Assembly (NCBI GenBank): GCA_037447605.1
Contig: CM074815.1
Location: 1,054,001-1,118,000, forward strand
DNA length: 64,000 nucleotides
From: Zygnema circumcarinatum SAG 698-1b
Taxonomy: Eukaryota; Plantae; Zygnematophyceae
Direction: 5' to 3'
In this document: positions 25,438 to 36,900 of the stretch, one piece after another
Layout of the letters: every line of letters begins with the position of its first letter
How positions within the stretch are numbered: the first letter of the stretch is position 1
Made by a program: the position numbers and the translations under genes
The notes under the pieces: generated by a model
What the model was told of the DNA's origin: nothing
The model's input: only the letters and a program-made list of their open reading frames with translations
Databases searched by the model: none

Positions 25438-26512
25438 GCCAGCGATGAGCGCCGCCTGAGGGCCAGTTTCCATCAGCCCGTTATTCCGACGTGGCGTCGT
25501 AATGGACGACGACCCATGGGTTCCATGAGGCCGTTTCCACCAACGTGGCGCCGACGTGGCTGCCACGTGGTAACGAGGCCCCGTTCCCCAGGACGGTCCG
25601 AAGAAGGTGGTGTAACGCCATTACGACCATTCGCGTGCCGCCACGTGGCTACCAAAGATACGCCAGCGTGCGACTGCCACGTTGGCTGGAAGCCGTCAAC
25701 GCACGGTGACCGCCGGTCGTAGTCGCAGGTCGCTTCAGCGCCGAGGAAACTTCCGAAGGTGCAGCCATGGCTGCCAACTTATCTGGAAAACCACGAGGAG
25801 AAGCCCGAGTACCTGCGAACGGACAACGGGCGTTTCATGAGTCAGTCAGCCAAAGGGCGTAGAAGCTCGTTGCAGGAGGGAGGGCTGCAGAGTTAAGCTC
25901 TGGCACTTAACCCTAGAATAGGGGATGAGCACGGAGGGGGCTCTCTTCCCATTCTCGCCTTAGGATTAGGGTTTGGAGACGGCTCTGGAGCATGCCGGAA
26001 GGGGGGGGGGTGTGTCCCTTTACTTCTCGTGCCGATGGAGATTTTTTGTTAGAGGGAGGAGGGAGATCGCACTCTATGAAGGTCTAATGGTTGTGTCGCT
26101 GCTACTCCGCGCTTTAGAAGCAATTGATTAGGGTTGTAATTATTATTATTCTTTTTGTTTAATTAATTTGAGTACGTGATTGGCAATTTTTCACTTTCAG
26201 ATTTTTGCTTCCATTCTCTTGGATGGCTTTTTCTAATGATGCTTGTGTTTTGGAGAGGAAAAAAACGAAATTGGAGTGGCTTTGCGTCATCAAAGCCAAT
26301 GGCTAAAAAATGAGGGAAAAATAAAGGGAAAGAAGAAAGATTGAGGAAGGGGTAAAGAAATAGAGGTGTGCATAGAAACCATTGCCTCTTTGTTTTTGTT
26401 TTTCGAAAATGATTTTTTTTCGCTTTATCTTTGCCATTTATTGTCTGTTTGTGTGCCTTTGTAGTCTGTAGTTGTTTATGTAATAATTTTTCCGTAGGGT
26501 TGTATGTAATTC

Positions 26513-27008
26513 GCAAGAAGCAAGAAGCAAGAAGCAAGAAGCAAGAAGCAAGAAGCAAAAAGCAAAAAGCAAAAAGCAAAAAGCAAAAAGCAAAAAGCCA
26601 GAAGCCAGAAGCCAGAAGCCAGAAGCCAGAAGCCAGAAGCCAGAAGCCAGAAGCCAGAAGCCAGAAGCCAGAAGCCAAAAGCCAGAAGCCAGAAGCCAGA
26701 AGCCAGAAGCCAGAAGCCAGAAGCCAAAAGCCAGAAGCCAGAAGCCAAAAGCTAGAAGCCAGAAGAAGCCAGAAGCCAGAAGCCAGAAGCCAGAAGCCAG
26801 AAGCCAGAAGCCAGAAGCCAGAAGCCAGAAGCCAGAAGCCAGAAGCCAGAAGCCAGAAGCCAGAAGCCAGAAGCCAGAAGCCAGAAGCCAGAAGCCAAAA
26901 GCCAGAAGCCAGAAGCCAAAAGCCAGAAGCCAGAAGCCAAAAGCCAGAAGCCAGAAGCCAGAAACGAAAAGCAAGCAGCAAGCAGCAAGCAGCAAGAAGC
27001 AAGAAGCC
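26513..27008. repeat. Heptamer satellite (AGAAGCC)n with AGAAGCA and AAAAGCA variants
   Basis: About 70 seven-base units read directly. The open frames (SQKPEAR / LASGFWL) are by-products of the repeat. Confidence 0.97.
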
Positions 27009-28120
27009 TCTTGACAACAAAGAGAGAAATCAGCCAATGGAGAATAGACATACGTGTCTGTCTATGGCGGAAACACGACCAATCAGACAGAGCTGAGCTT
27101 TGAAACATTCCTGACAGCAGCCAGACTCATTCTGGCTCTAGCACTACTTTTCAAGATTAATGTATCAACTGTGCAGTAATGTGCCTTGATGCGGAATTAG
27201 CAAAAAATGGAGCTCAGTGTCTGCAAGCACGTAATTACTTTCGAATGCAGCCCCTGAACGTTCTCAAGGTGCAGGTGCAGGAATGGATTGAGCACTTAGT
27301 GGCGTCGGGGGACAAAACAGACTTCCCTCGAAATGTATTTTCTCTCACAGTCGTGAATGGGGGGCCATACACAATTGTGATTTGTAATGCTTTAGCTCAC
27401 CCGTTCAACATACATATCCTCTCAATTTCTCAGTAATGGATTCAGCTGAACTTGATCTTCATGCTCTTTGTTGGAAACAATTCAGAAGTTGTTCCATGTG
27501 TACCTGCTGTTGAGAAAGTACATCACCGAGCACAAGATGGCTTACGAACGAGAGTGCCCAATTGCTGGTGTGCAGATTATGAAGGCACCAGCATTAGTGG
27601 AGCATTAGTGGAGCACCAGCAACAAGAGGGCTCTTCGATCCATACTGTTGCCGGAGAGTGTTGCTAGTACTACCAAACCTGGGAGAAGACGACGCAGAAA
27701 GGGAACGGAAGCCTCCGGCCGTGGAATTGCGAGGCAAACGCCGCGAATGACGTTGCCGCGAAAGGTAGGGAAAGGAGGGGACGAGAAGGGAGGGGGGAGG
27801 TGGCGGCTGCAGTGGCGGCGTCCGTCGCCTCCTGCAAACCCTAAAAAATTGTCGACGGTGACGCGCGTACGGTAACCGCCGTGGGCCACGGCGGACGCTT
27901 CAAATCGTGCACGTGGCGATCGCTGATTGGAAAACGGCGTTTTGATGGAACTCGTCATTTTATCTACAAAACGGCGTCCTACGTGGACCGTAATGAGCTC
28001 GTTACGAAACGGGCTGATGGAGACTGGCCCTGAGTCCATTCGCTTCAGCACCAGCGAAAGTTTGCGTCGAGCGATGCGAGCTCGATCGCGTGTTGGAAAG
28101 TGGAAAAGCAAAAGGTTGGT

Positions 28121-28216
28121 GGGTGCGACACCGGGACTTCCCGGGAGGTCACCCATCCCAGTACTATTCCGGCCCACAGGCGCTTAGCTGCGGAGCTCTG
28201 ATGGGATCCGACGTAG
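28121..28216 (-). pseudogene. 5S rRNA-derived copy B, lacking the 5' ~20 nt
   Basis: Reverse complement reads CTACGTCGGATCCCATCAGAGCTCCGCAGCTAAGCGCCTGTGGGCCGG...GTCGCACCC. It shares ~40 bp of 3' flank with copies A and C. Confidence 0.88.
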
Positions 28217-28529
28217 GTTAAGGCATTCTAATTACAATTATAAATTTAAAATCCTCGAGGAACCAATGGGCCGCCGAAAAAAGTACTGCCGTTTGTACCG
28301 TACGGTCCTTTCACCGAATGTGGCCGGCAGGAGCGGGACCGTTCGATCTAGGTGGAACCGGATCGATGAAACATCAGCCGTCGGATGGCCGACAGCGGCG
28401 CGGGGGGTCGCAGCCGTACGATACGAGGCGATTTCGACGCACGAGGCTACTGTATATACATACGGTGGTGGTGAGAGCGGCACAGCTTGGAGAGCTTCAA
28501 AATGAATGGAGGGGGGGGAAGGGGGGGAA

Positions 28530-28700
28530 GGAAATTTCATTGAACTCACAATGGCGAGGCCATTAAATGTACATAGACAAAAGCATGATGTGGAACCACG
28601 AGGGACTGGTCGCAAAGGTCCGAAACACCTTAGAACGAAGCTAAGAGCTGAAAACTACGCCTAGGCACAACAACGCAGCCCTAGAAGCAGCCGCGATGGA
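28530..28700 (+). repeat. Dispersed module (CATTGAACTC.C.ATGGCGAGGCCAT.AAATGTACA...)
   Basis: Related sequence at about 33130-33290, 47105-47150, 47765-47810, 48720-48765 and 50615-50740. Confidence 0.7.
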
Positions 28701-29365
28701 GGAGGGAGCGGCGGAAGTCCACCGACACGGTCACCAACAAACGCAGCACGCCGAGGGCGATGCCCGGGACTAGGGTTGGGTTCAACTTTGAACACGCAAG
28801 GTCCAAACTTTTTCGATTGAAGAAAACGAAACGTTTAAAAGAAAAAGTTCAACGACTCAACACGTTAGGTCGCACGTGTGGATTCTAATTTTTGCCACGT
28901 TGGTTCCGTGCGATTCGAGGGATCCGGTTGACCCGAACTCCAATTTTTGTACTGTACAACTCTTCCCGCGAGCCGAGCAACAATTTCTGTACGAACAACC
29001 GGATCCACGCGCTTTGCGATCCGCTAAAATCTTATTGTTGATCGGTGGACCCAAGGATCACTCAAATTGAACACGAACGATAATTAATTGTTCAATGTTC
29101 AATTGGTTCTCCATAAAAATTGTATTGAGAAAAAAAAGTTAGAAATTCTTTTCTCGTTTCTCAAAATGCACCGTGTTCACAAATATATGGTTTTTTTTTG
29201 GAGAAACCGTTTTTTAATTTTTTTTTTTGAGAAGCCAAAATCTTTAATTTCTTCAAGCGTGAAAGTACAGATTAAAAATGTTCGAACTTTAAGATGTAAA
29301 TTACATTATGGTACAACATAAATTATTAAACCAACTATCTCATTATTTCCCGGGTGTTCGAATTT

Positions 29366-30930
29366 CTAAACGCCTACATCTGTCACTTTACAGCTTTGGT
29401 CTTTCACTGTTTGCGAAGTGATGTCTATGTCCACATCGCAGCGCGCGTTCACCTGTGACAGCCAAACAGGCGCAACAACAACAAGGACGAGTCAGAATCT
29501 GAGGGAGGGGAGGGAGNNNNNNNNNNGGAGGGAGGGAGGGAGGGAGGGAGGGAAAGAGAGAGGCAGCACCAACCTTAACTGTTGGCGATGATATGCCCCA
29601 AATGTCAGCGGCTCCCTTAACCATAATCCGGCTCTGCACGAAGCAACAGTTTGGCTGTCAGTCCCCGACCCACATCATCAAAGCACCACTCGCGCTATTC
29701 AGTCATTGCAGCAGCAACTGCCAATAAAGCTTTTCTTTGAAACCTGCAGTTTCGCCAGGCCAATGAGGAATCGAACTCTCAGAAGATGGCTGAAGCATAA
29801 AGGGGTGACCGACACCTACCACGAGTGAGATGGTTCCGCCGAGGAACGACGACAGGAAATCAGAAGCCAAGGGGCCCGAGATTTGGGCATCCATGGCCAG
29901 GTCACCAAGCGTGCTGTACGTCTCTCGAGACCCCACTTTGAACGCCGGCAGCTGCATGCCAACATGGCACGAACATACATGAGATCATCATGTCCATACA
30001 TATAAGCAACGATCAAGCAAACGCGCCTTTTCGACTTTTTATAATAGATGAATACTTACAGTGCTATTGCCAATAGAATGATCCTTGTAGAAGATGGCAG
30101 CTCGCACGCTCTTAACATTCAACGAGTACTTGTTCCGATTCTCCACAGTGACGTTGTATGAGAGGACTCCCATGACCCTGACGAGTGTGGCCGAGTCATT
30201 ATTGAATTGGCTTAGGAGGTCCTGCAGGCTGCTGTCCGTGACGGGCGAGGAGACGTTCAGAGAGCGAATTCCTGTAACGTTGACGGAAACGGTAGGCTCC
30301 TGCCAGGTCACAGGGAGCCCCTTCTTTCAGCCCATGCAAAAAAAAACGTTTTTTTTTCTGGACTGATGCATCGGAACTGAGCTAGGGAGTGGGCGAAGGA
30401 GAGGGAGAGGAACAGGGAGCGGAAGCGGGAGAGGTAACCTGAGAGGGAGCGGAACGGGAGAGGGAGAGGGAGAGGAAGAGGGAGGGGGAGAGGGAGTGGG
30501 AGCGGGAGAGGAGGAAATGGAAAGGACGAGAGTGAGAGGAAAAGATAGAGTGAGAGGGGGGACGGGGTAAGCCTCTTGACCTTGGGCTTGAGCACGAGGT
30601 AGAGCACAAGCACAGTGATTCCCAGCGTCAAAAGCAGCAGCACCAGGAAGCAGCAGAGCCAGCAGCACACGCGCCCCGGAGTACACCTCCGCCGCCGCTC
30701 CTGCGCCATCCATGCATGCATCCATGGCAGAGTGAGCCATGGCCATCCCATGCCATGCCCTGAGGGCATGCGTGCAGGCATAAACTGCAAAGCCAAAGGT
30801 CTGAACAAAGGCAAGGAAAAAGCTGAGTCAGGCGACGGGAGGCAGCGGCGGAACCCACCTCTTGCACTGCTACTGTAGTGTACGGCCCGGCATTGCCCTT
30901 GGAAGGGGGATAGGGCGGGGGGTTCTCCAT
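29366..30930 (-). CDS. NDR1/HIN1-like (LEA_2 domain) membrane protein, multi-exon
   Basis: MENPPPYPPS...; Cys-rich TM segment CCWLCCFLVLLLLTLGITVLVLYLVLKPK; LSYNVTVENRNKYSLNVKSVRAAIFY; LPAFKVGSRE; DIWGISSPTVK; final exon VNARCDVDIDITSQTVKDQSC, stop TAG at 29366-29368. Confidence 0.82.
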
Positions 30931-31374
30931 CAAGATCTAAACAAACCACCCTTATCGCGAACGCTGCAGCCTTAGCCTTGCTTCTTTTTTGAGGTCTGAA
31001 AGGCCTCTTAAGTCGTCTCCGAATTGTGCAGCAGAGCGCGCGGAAGAGCTGTGAGCGCAGCGCCAATCGCCACCCTCCCTCCCTTCTATGTTATTTATTC
31101 TCCCTCCCTCTCTCCCTCTCTCCCTCTCTCCCTCTCCCTCTCTCCCTCTCTCTCTGTGCGACGCGCCCCGTGTTGGAGGGAGGACCTCCCCAGCGCGCCC
31201 ACGCGGCGACGGGGCCTTCCCGGAAGGTGCGCGGAACGCGCACTGTACGGCAGGGGAGAACAGTTGACCATGACACGTGGACCGGTCACTATGTGCCACA
31301 TGACCCAAAGTCGGCCAGGATGGACCCGGCCGACGGCGGGCGTCAAACCGGGAGGGGTGCGCCGGGCCGGCAAG

Positions 31375-31725
31375 GTGCCCGGGCGGGATTTTTTGTCGTA
31401 TCTGGATTGGACAGGTGGCGATAACGGACAAGGACGGCGGGACGGACGGCGGACCCCGACCGCGGTCGCGGTCGCCGTTTCGTACGGCGAATCCGGGCGC
31501 GAGGCTTATACAAGGTGACTTTCACTGTCCCTAAAGAAACAAAAACATGCGCATGGTTGTTGCTGCTGGCTGGCATCCATGCATGCATGCGGTGGGCCTT
31601 AATCGGCCCGCGGGTCATCCACAAGACGACAAACTGGCTCCGATGACGCGCTCGCTCGCTGTACGGCAAATCCGTCGTATGAGCCTGTCCAATTAAAATA
31701 CGACAAAGTCCCCCGCCCGATGCCT
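31375..31725. mobile_element. Possible MITE with degenerate ~35-bp inverted termini
   Basis: GGGCGGG....TTGTCGTAT....TTGGACAGG (about 31381-31417) versus CCTGTCCAA....ATACGACAA....CCCGCCC (about 31684-31719). No TSD seen. Confidence 0.45.
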
Positions 31726-32194
31726 AGCTGGCGAACGCTTCAGTCTGATCAGACATGGCCGATTTTATGACACGTGGCACAACATGAATGGCCCACACGG
31801 CGGTCATTGGCATTATTTTGTACGGCCGAATTCGTATTTTGTACGAATGGTTCGAAGAAGAAGTTTCTACGAAGCAGTCCCACGGTCAACCGAGTCACAA
31901 CCGCGACGCGACCGCCTGCCCGTCCGTATATGTCGGCCGTACACAAGTGTACACCACACCGCGATTCCCGGAAAGTGCTGCGGTCTGCTGCCGACACCTG
32001 GCGGCCACTCCACTCCGCACGTATGAGGATTATCCCAAAGCCAGAGGAAAAGCCCACGCGTTTGTCGCGACAAGCCACGCGGCAGTCAACGGGACTCGGA
32101 AGTCCCTACCCTGTACGGCCAGTGGCCGCGTGGCAACAAGGCGCGAATCTATGCGCGGCCGGTGACACGTGCGGGGACCGCGGCGGCGCGTTCC

Positions 32195-32426
32195 GATTGG
32201 TCGAGGACGGAGGGGCGGTGCCGTACGAGGACGGCCGTCACGGTTACCGCCGGTCGGTTACCAGCGGTCGGTTACTAGCGGTCGCGATAACCGAGGGTTC
32301 AGTCAGTGTACGGCACACTTTATCGTCTTTGGATTGTGATACGATATGACTCCCGATACGATACATTACAATACGATACAGGGGTCCGTGTGCGACGCCC
32401 GACATTCCGTTGATCCGATCGAATAG
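32195..32426 (-). repeat. Dispersed module, inverted homolog of 46270-46455
   Basis: Shared CTATTCGATCGGATC, GTCGCACACGG, AAGTGTGCCGTACACTG, GTGACGGCCGTCCTCGTACG and CCAATCGGAA. Confidence 0.8.
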
Positions 32427-32451
32427 AAGTGGCGCGAGGGATGATGATGTC

Positions 32452-32723
32452 GAGGGAGAGGGATGGTGGGAGAGGTAGATGTCAACCTTGGGTAGATCGA
32501 GAGTGCTGAGCAAGCGAACCACGAGCTTGGGGGGAAGCACCGGATAGGAGTATGCGAGGGTGTCTCGAACAAAGGAGAACGGCAGGGGGTGGTCGACAAT
32601 CACATGGTAGGGGGCAGCGCGGTGCAGGGCAAGGAGGCGATCAGATGTTTCCTTGGCTTCGTGTTCAATTAGTGTGTGTACAAATATCTGAAGGAGGGGG
32701 GTGATTCGAAGGCAGAAATGGTC
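32452..32723 (-). pseudogene. Captured MED23 fragment (copy of 43436-43707: most of an exon plus ~35 bp of the next intron)
   Basis: Translates DHFCLRITPLLQIFVHTLIEHEAKETSDRLL...LDLPKVDIYLSHH versus gene DHFCLRIIPLLQIFVHRLIEHEAMETADRLL...LDLSKVCIYLSHH. About 18 substitutions in 272 bp by eye. Confidence 0.93.
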
Positions 32724-32765
32724 ATATGTAACAGTGGAGCGTACAAGTAGTGTGACCATCCATAA

Positions 32766-33110
32766 CTTCAATTTGGGCATGCTTGAAATTCTTTCTAGTA
32801 AAAAAGTGCGTTACACATCCTCAAACAAATGCTCCCTCTGCACTGTGCTTCGACGTGTATACATGTTCCTGTCCTTACTATTTGATGTCTGGAAAATCAA
32901 ACAGAAAAACATCTCTGCACCTCAAGGGTGGTTTGACAAGAGACACAGAAACGAGTGGAATTAACGGTCCGCGGTTCAACAGCCCTAAAGCTACCAAAGC
33001 ACGGGCAGAGCGTTGCAAAAGAGTCAGAATTATTAAGTTCACTGCTTACCTTAAAAACGAGATGCCAGAAACAGGCGGCGACAATCATAGTCGGAAGCAC
33101 CACATTGGTG
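32766..33110 (-). pseudogene. Captured fragment of the fatty-acid-hydroxylase gene (copy of 51502-51846: exon 3 end plus intron)
   Basis: VLPTMIVAACFWHLVFK followed by ~285 bp of colinear intron sequence in both places. Confidence 0.93.
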
Positions 33111-33443
33111 GAAGGCTTAATGCAATTATAGATGTGGCATTGGTCTCACGATGGCGATGCCATCAATGTATATGGACAAAATCACCAGGGGAACCACAAG
33201 GAACTGGTCACAAAGGACCTAAAGTCACAAGAAAAGAGCTACGCCTAAGTTCAACAACGCAGCCGTCGAAGCAGCCACGAGTTAGGCTTCTAGTAACTTT
33301 TCATCGCATCGAATATGGACACTAAAGTGGAACATTATGGCATACCAACATCAACATGCGAAGTGGCCGAATTGAGAAAGGTGGGAAAATGATCCTCGGT
33401 TCTTGATCGATCGCGGCTGGAAGGTGCAAAAGCAAAAGTTCGT

Positions 33444-33550
33444 GGGTGCGACACCGGGACTTCCCGGGAGATCACCCAACCCAGTATTACTCCGGCCCAC
33501 AGGCGCTAAGCCGCGGAGTTCTGATGGAATCCGGCGTAGTAGCCTAGGTA
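33444..33550 (-). pseudogene. 5S rRNA-derived copy C, lacking the 5' ~11 nt
   Basis: Reverse complement reads TACCTAGGCTACTACGCCGGATTCCATCAGAACTCCGCGGCTTAGCGCCTGTGGGCCGG...GTCGCACCC. It shares ~60 bp of 3' flank with copy A (...CGCGATCGATCAAGAACC.AGGATCATTTTCC). Confidence 0.88.
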
Positions 33551-33993
33551 AACACGATTACTTAAACAGCTGTGAAAGTCTAATAACCATAATCTAGCGC
33601 GAAACGGCCGTAAAGCGAGTTGAAGACGCGCGTGTTGTGTTCGTGGGGCATTGGGCGCTCGCTCGTGGTCGGTTAGCGGCATGGATGGATGGATGGATGG
33701 ATTGATGGATTGAGGGATGGATGGCCATGCGCAGCAGCGACATGGGTCCATTTTCACTCTAAGTGCGAGCATGCGGATGGGCGCGGCAGCGCCGCGACGG
33801 AGGCCGGCCCCGACGTATGGCATCGGCATCGTCCCCCCTGTGTACGATATATTGGACATCGAATCGATATCTCGATACGCAGGAGCTCCCCTGTCTCCTC
33901 CCTTCCCGAGCTCCAGCTGGCCATGGCGCGCTTGCCTGCCTGCACCGCAGTTGGGCGCTCTCTATGGTAGGGCGAGAGAGGGAGGTAGCGGGC

Positions 33994-36900
33994 ATGGCTG
34001 CCCCTGGAGAGTCGTTGCTCACTCTTCTGCAGCGGTACTTGGGGGTGAGCAACATCTCCGTTTGTTTGACATGGTTTTGATGTAGTTGCTGTGTTTAGAC
34101 TTATCATGGAGTTCTTGATCCAAAGAAATTATGAATGCATGTGATTCATTCAAAATTTAAAATAATGCTTGGACGTAGAATTTCGTTGAGCCCCTTTCTG
34201 GTGTTGCTTAGCAAACAAACACTCGTTTGAAAAAACTATTGGCTTTGCAAAAGACCTCACATTCTGAAATTTTAATGAGTACGAGTGTTATGTACTCTTT
34301 TTAATAGCTTTATTTATTGAACCTCTTATGAAATTCTTAAAAGCCTCCCATGGTTACGAAGCAATCACTATAGTAAGAGATCCGGGAGTTGATGATAGCT
34401 GTGCTTTACTCTGCTGCAGGAAACACGCAGCGGGTCTGAGCGAAGGACATCTGCAGCTCTTTTACGGTATTTCCTTATGTCATTTGTTAGAAATTTTGTG
34501 GAATTCGATATGAATTAAGATTTGAACAACTTAGTGACATTCTAACATTGCTGTCTCGCATTGAGCCCATGACCTCTGCATCCTCTGGAGAATCATAATT
34601 AGGTCTTCACGACAATTGAGGTGTTTCTTTCCAGTTAGAGGCTGTAGTAATGGCGTGTGTTTTTCTAAACTGAACATGTTTATTCACTTTTGCATGACAT
34701 CCTCTTATACTCATCTATCACAGACAAGACAAGGCCCCCAAGCCTGGGAAAGTTCTCACAAAGAAGCGCATCATATCTCCAAAAGATGGAGAGCTTCCAA
34801 CTGACCTGGAAAACTTTATAAGCAATGCCCCTGTAAGTACTTATATGGCCCGAAATCATCAAATACTGCTAACTTCAACCAACTTTCACAGAACCATACT
34901 GCCCCATTGCAAAGGTGGATTGGCTTGAATATGTTGTGGATAATTTTCCTAGGGCACTTTACGCCCGGGGATGAATGCAAACCCATTGGCTACATTTAAG
35001 GTACAAGGTAGCTGCACGCACACAAAAAACATCAAGCTTACAGCCACCATGCCACTTTCAATGACTCGTCAGTGTGAAACTTGTTTCGAATAAATGGAAA
35101 GTGCATCTTTTGCCTGTTGATGCCCTCATAGGCAAGCTGGAGAGGGTTATATTATATGTGCAAATTCGGCGTTTTAAAGTGAACCCATGGAGGGAATTTT
35201 AATCAGTGAGGTTGCAAAACGTTGCAGATTAGAATATCCCTCTGAGAAACAGAAGATTAAGTCACTCATATTCAGACAAGATTTTTCTTACATGGCCCTT
35301 GCCCCCGTGTCCGCAGGATGAGTTTGTAGATGTGGCTACCTAATCTGATGATTACGTAGACACTCTTCACTCCCTCCTTGCTAAAGTCCCAAGCTGAATA
35401 ACCTCAAACATTTCAATTTCACTCTTTCCAATCTCCTGTAAAGGAAGGAACACGTGTCTGTTGCCTTCGGGTGCTGTTTTTTTCCTCTGAAAGTCCGGAT
35501 TTTCTCATGCTGCAATTGATAAGGTGTTAGTAGAAAGCTCAAGAAAGTTCAGGCACCTTCAACACAAGGTGGGTCAACTTGTTTTTGGGCTTTCCAGGAT
35601 GGTAGTGAACTTCGCCGAGCGGTGGAGCCGACTATGGCTTCTCTGCTCCTTCAATGTGGCTCCAATAGTGTTCAGGTGTGGTTTACTGCAGTCCGCATTC
35701 TTAAATTTCTGCATTCTGCGAGTTGCCTTGAAACTCCATCATATGATTTCGCCCTTATTGTGCCTCTGCTGCCAGGTCGACTTCCTCCTTCGAGCCATAC
35801 AACTTCTCCTTCTCAAGGGATGCTTTCTTTGGGATTTGTTCATTCCCCTACTCGTAAAAAGCGCAGGCAATTTCGATCCCATTGCTCGCAGACTGCCACC
35901 TTCCCACAGCTCATCTGGGGGTCTCTTGGCTCTCACAAGGGCTGGAAATTCCGGTCCTTTGGAAGGCGGCCCTTCTGCTGCTGCCACTCCTCAGTTGACC
36001 TCTCCGTTGCGACCTACAGGTTCTATGGCTACAACGGAAGTCCCCCCCGGAACAGGCGGAGAGGAGACTCCAATAGAGGAGAAGAGCAGCAGACCTCCAC
36101 CACTCTGGCTAAGGTCTTTGGTCTGCAGAGTTTTTCTCATGGCTTTGGAATCATCCTCCCTCAAAGCTCTCACATGTGCAGAGATTCTTGCGTTGGTAGT
36201 TGCATGGTTGAGGAGTGGGGGCGACGATACCATCGATGAAACTAATCAAGTTGCGGATTCTGTGATAACTAGTGGGTCGGCAGTCAAACAAGAGCAGGGG
36301 CAAGTGGTAGAGCGATTGGAGAATGGGAGTGGAGTGGGAGTTCTTGGCAAGGCTGGAAGGCGATGGGAGAGAGTGGGTGATGTGTGGGAGGAGGAGGAGG
36401 ACTTTGAGGGGGGTCCTCCATGGCGAGAGAGGTGTGTGGCAGTGCTGCAGGCAATGGTGGAGCCTTGCAGGACTCTCGTGCCATGGCATGCTCTTCTGTA
36501 TGGGCCCGCACAGGCAAGTCAGCATACTGCCTTTCCTCTCGGGCAAACGATTCATTCGGGTTTGAATTGTTGTTTAAGTTGTTTAGGTTGGTTAGGTTTT
36601 TAGATTTGAATCGTTGTTTAGATGCTCTAGTAAGATTGGTTTCTTTGCTAAACTACGACTTTTGTTAGACAAGAATATCGTCTGCAGACACTAGTGTTTA
36701 CGTATGGATGTTTTCCATTTACTCCATCCTTAAAAGGCCTGTCTTTGCATTGCAAGTGTCATTTCTGCTGATACACAGAGTGAAAGTTGCATGACAAGTA
36801 CTTCTTGTTAGAGGAGACTTGCAAGAGTCAACTCATACTTTTCCAAGAGTACAAACCATAGGAGTATCATCCGAGTAACTCCTTCCGCTCTTTAGAGTTG

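Noticed and set aside
26163-27108. Long ORFs with LASGFWL or SQKPEAR repeats on both strands
   Set aside because: They are translations of a stop-free heptamer satellite, with no splice or domain support.
27430-27760. Possible spliced transcript or small ORF (MDRRALLLLVLH) on the minus strand
   Set aside because: There is an acceptor-like site but no recognisable coding or ncRNA motif.
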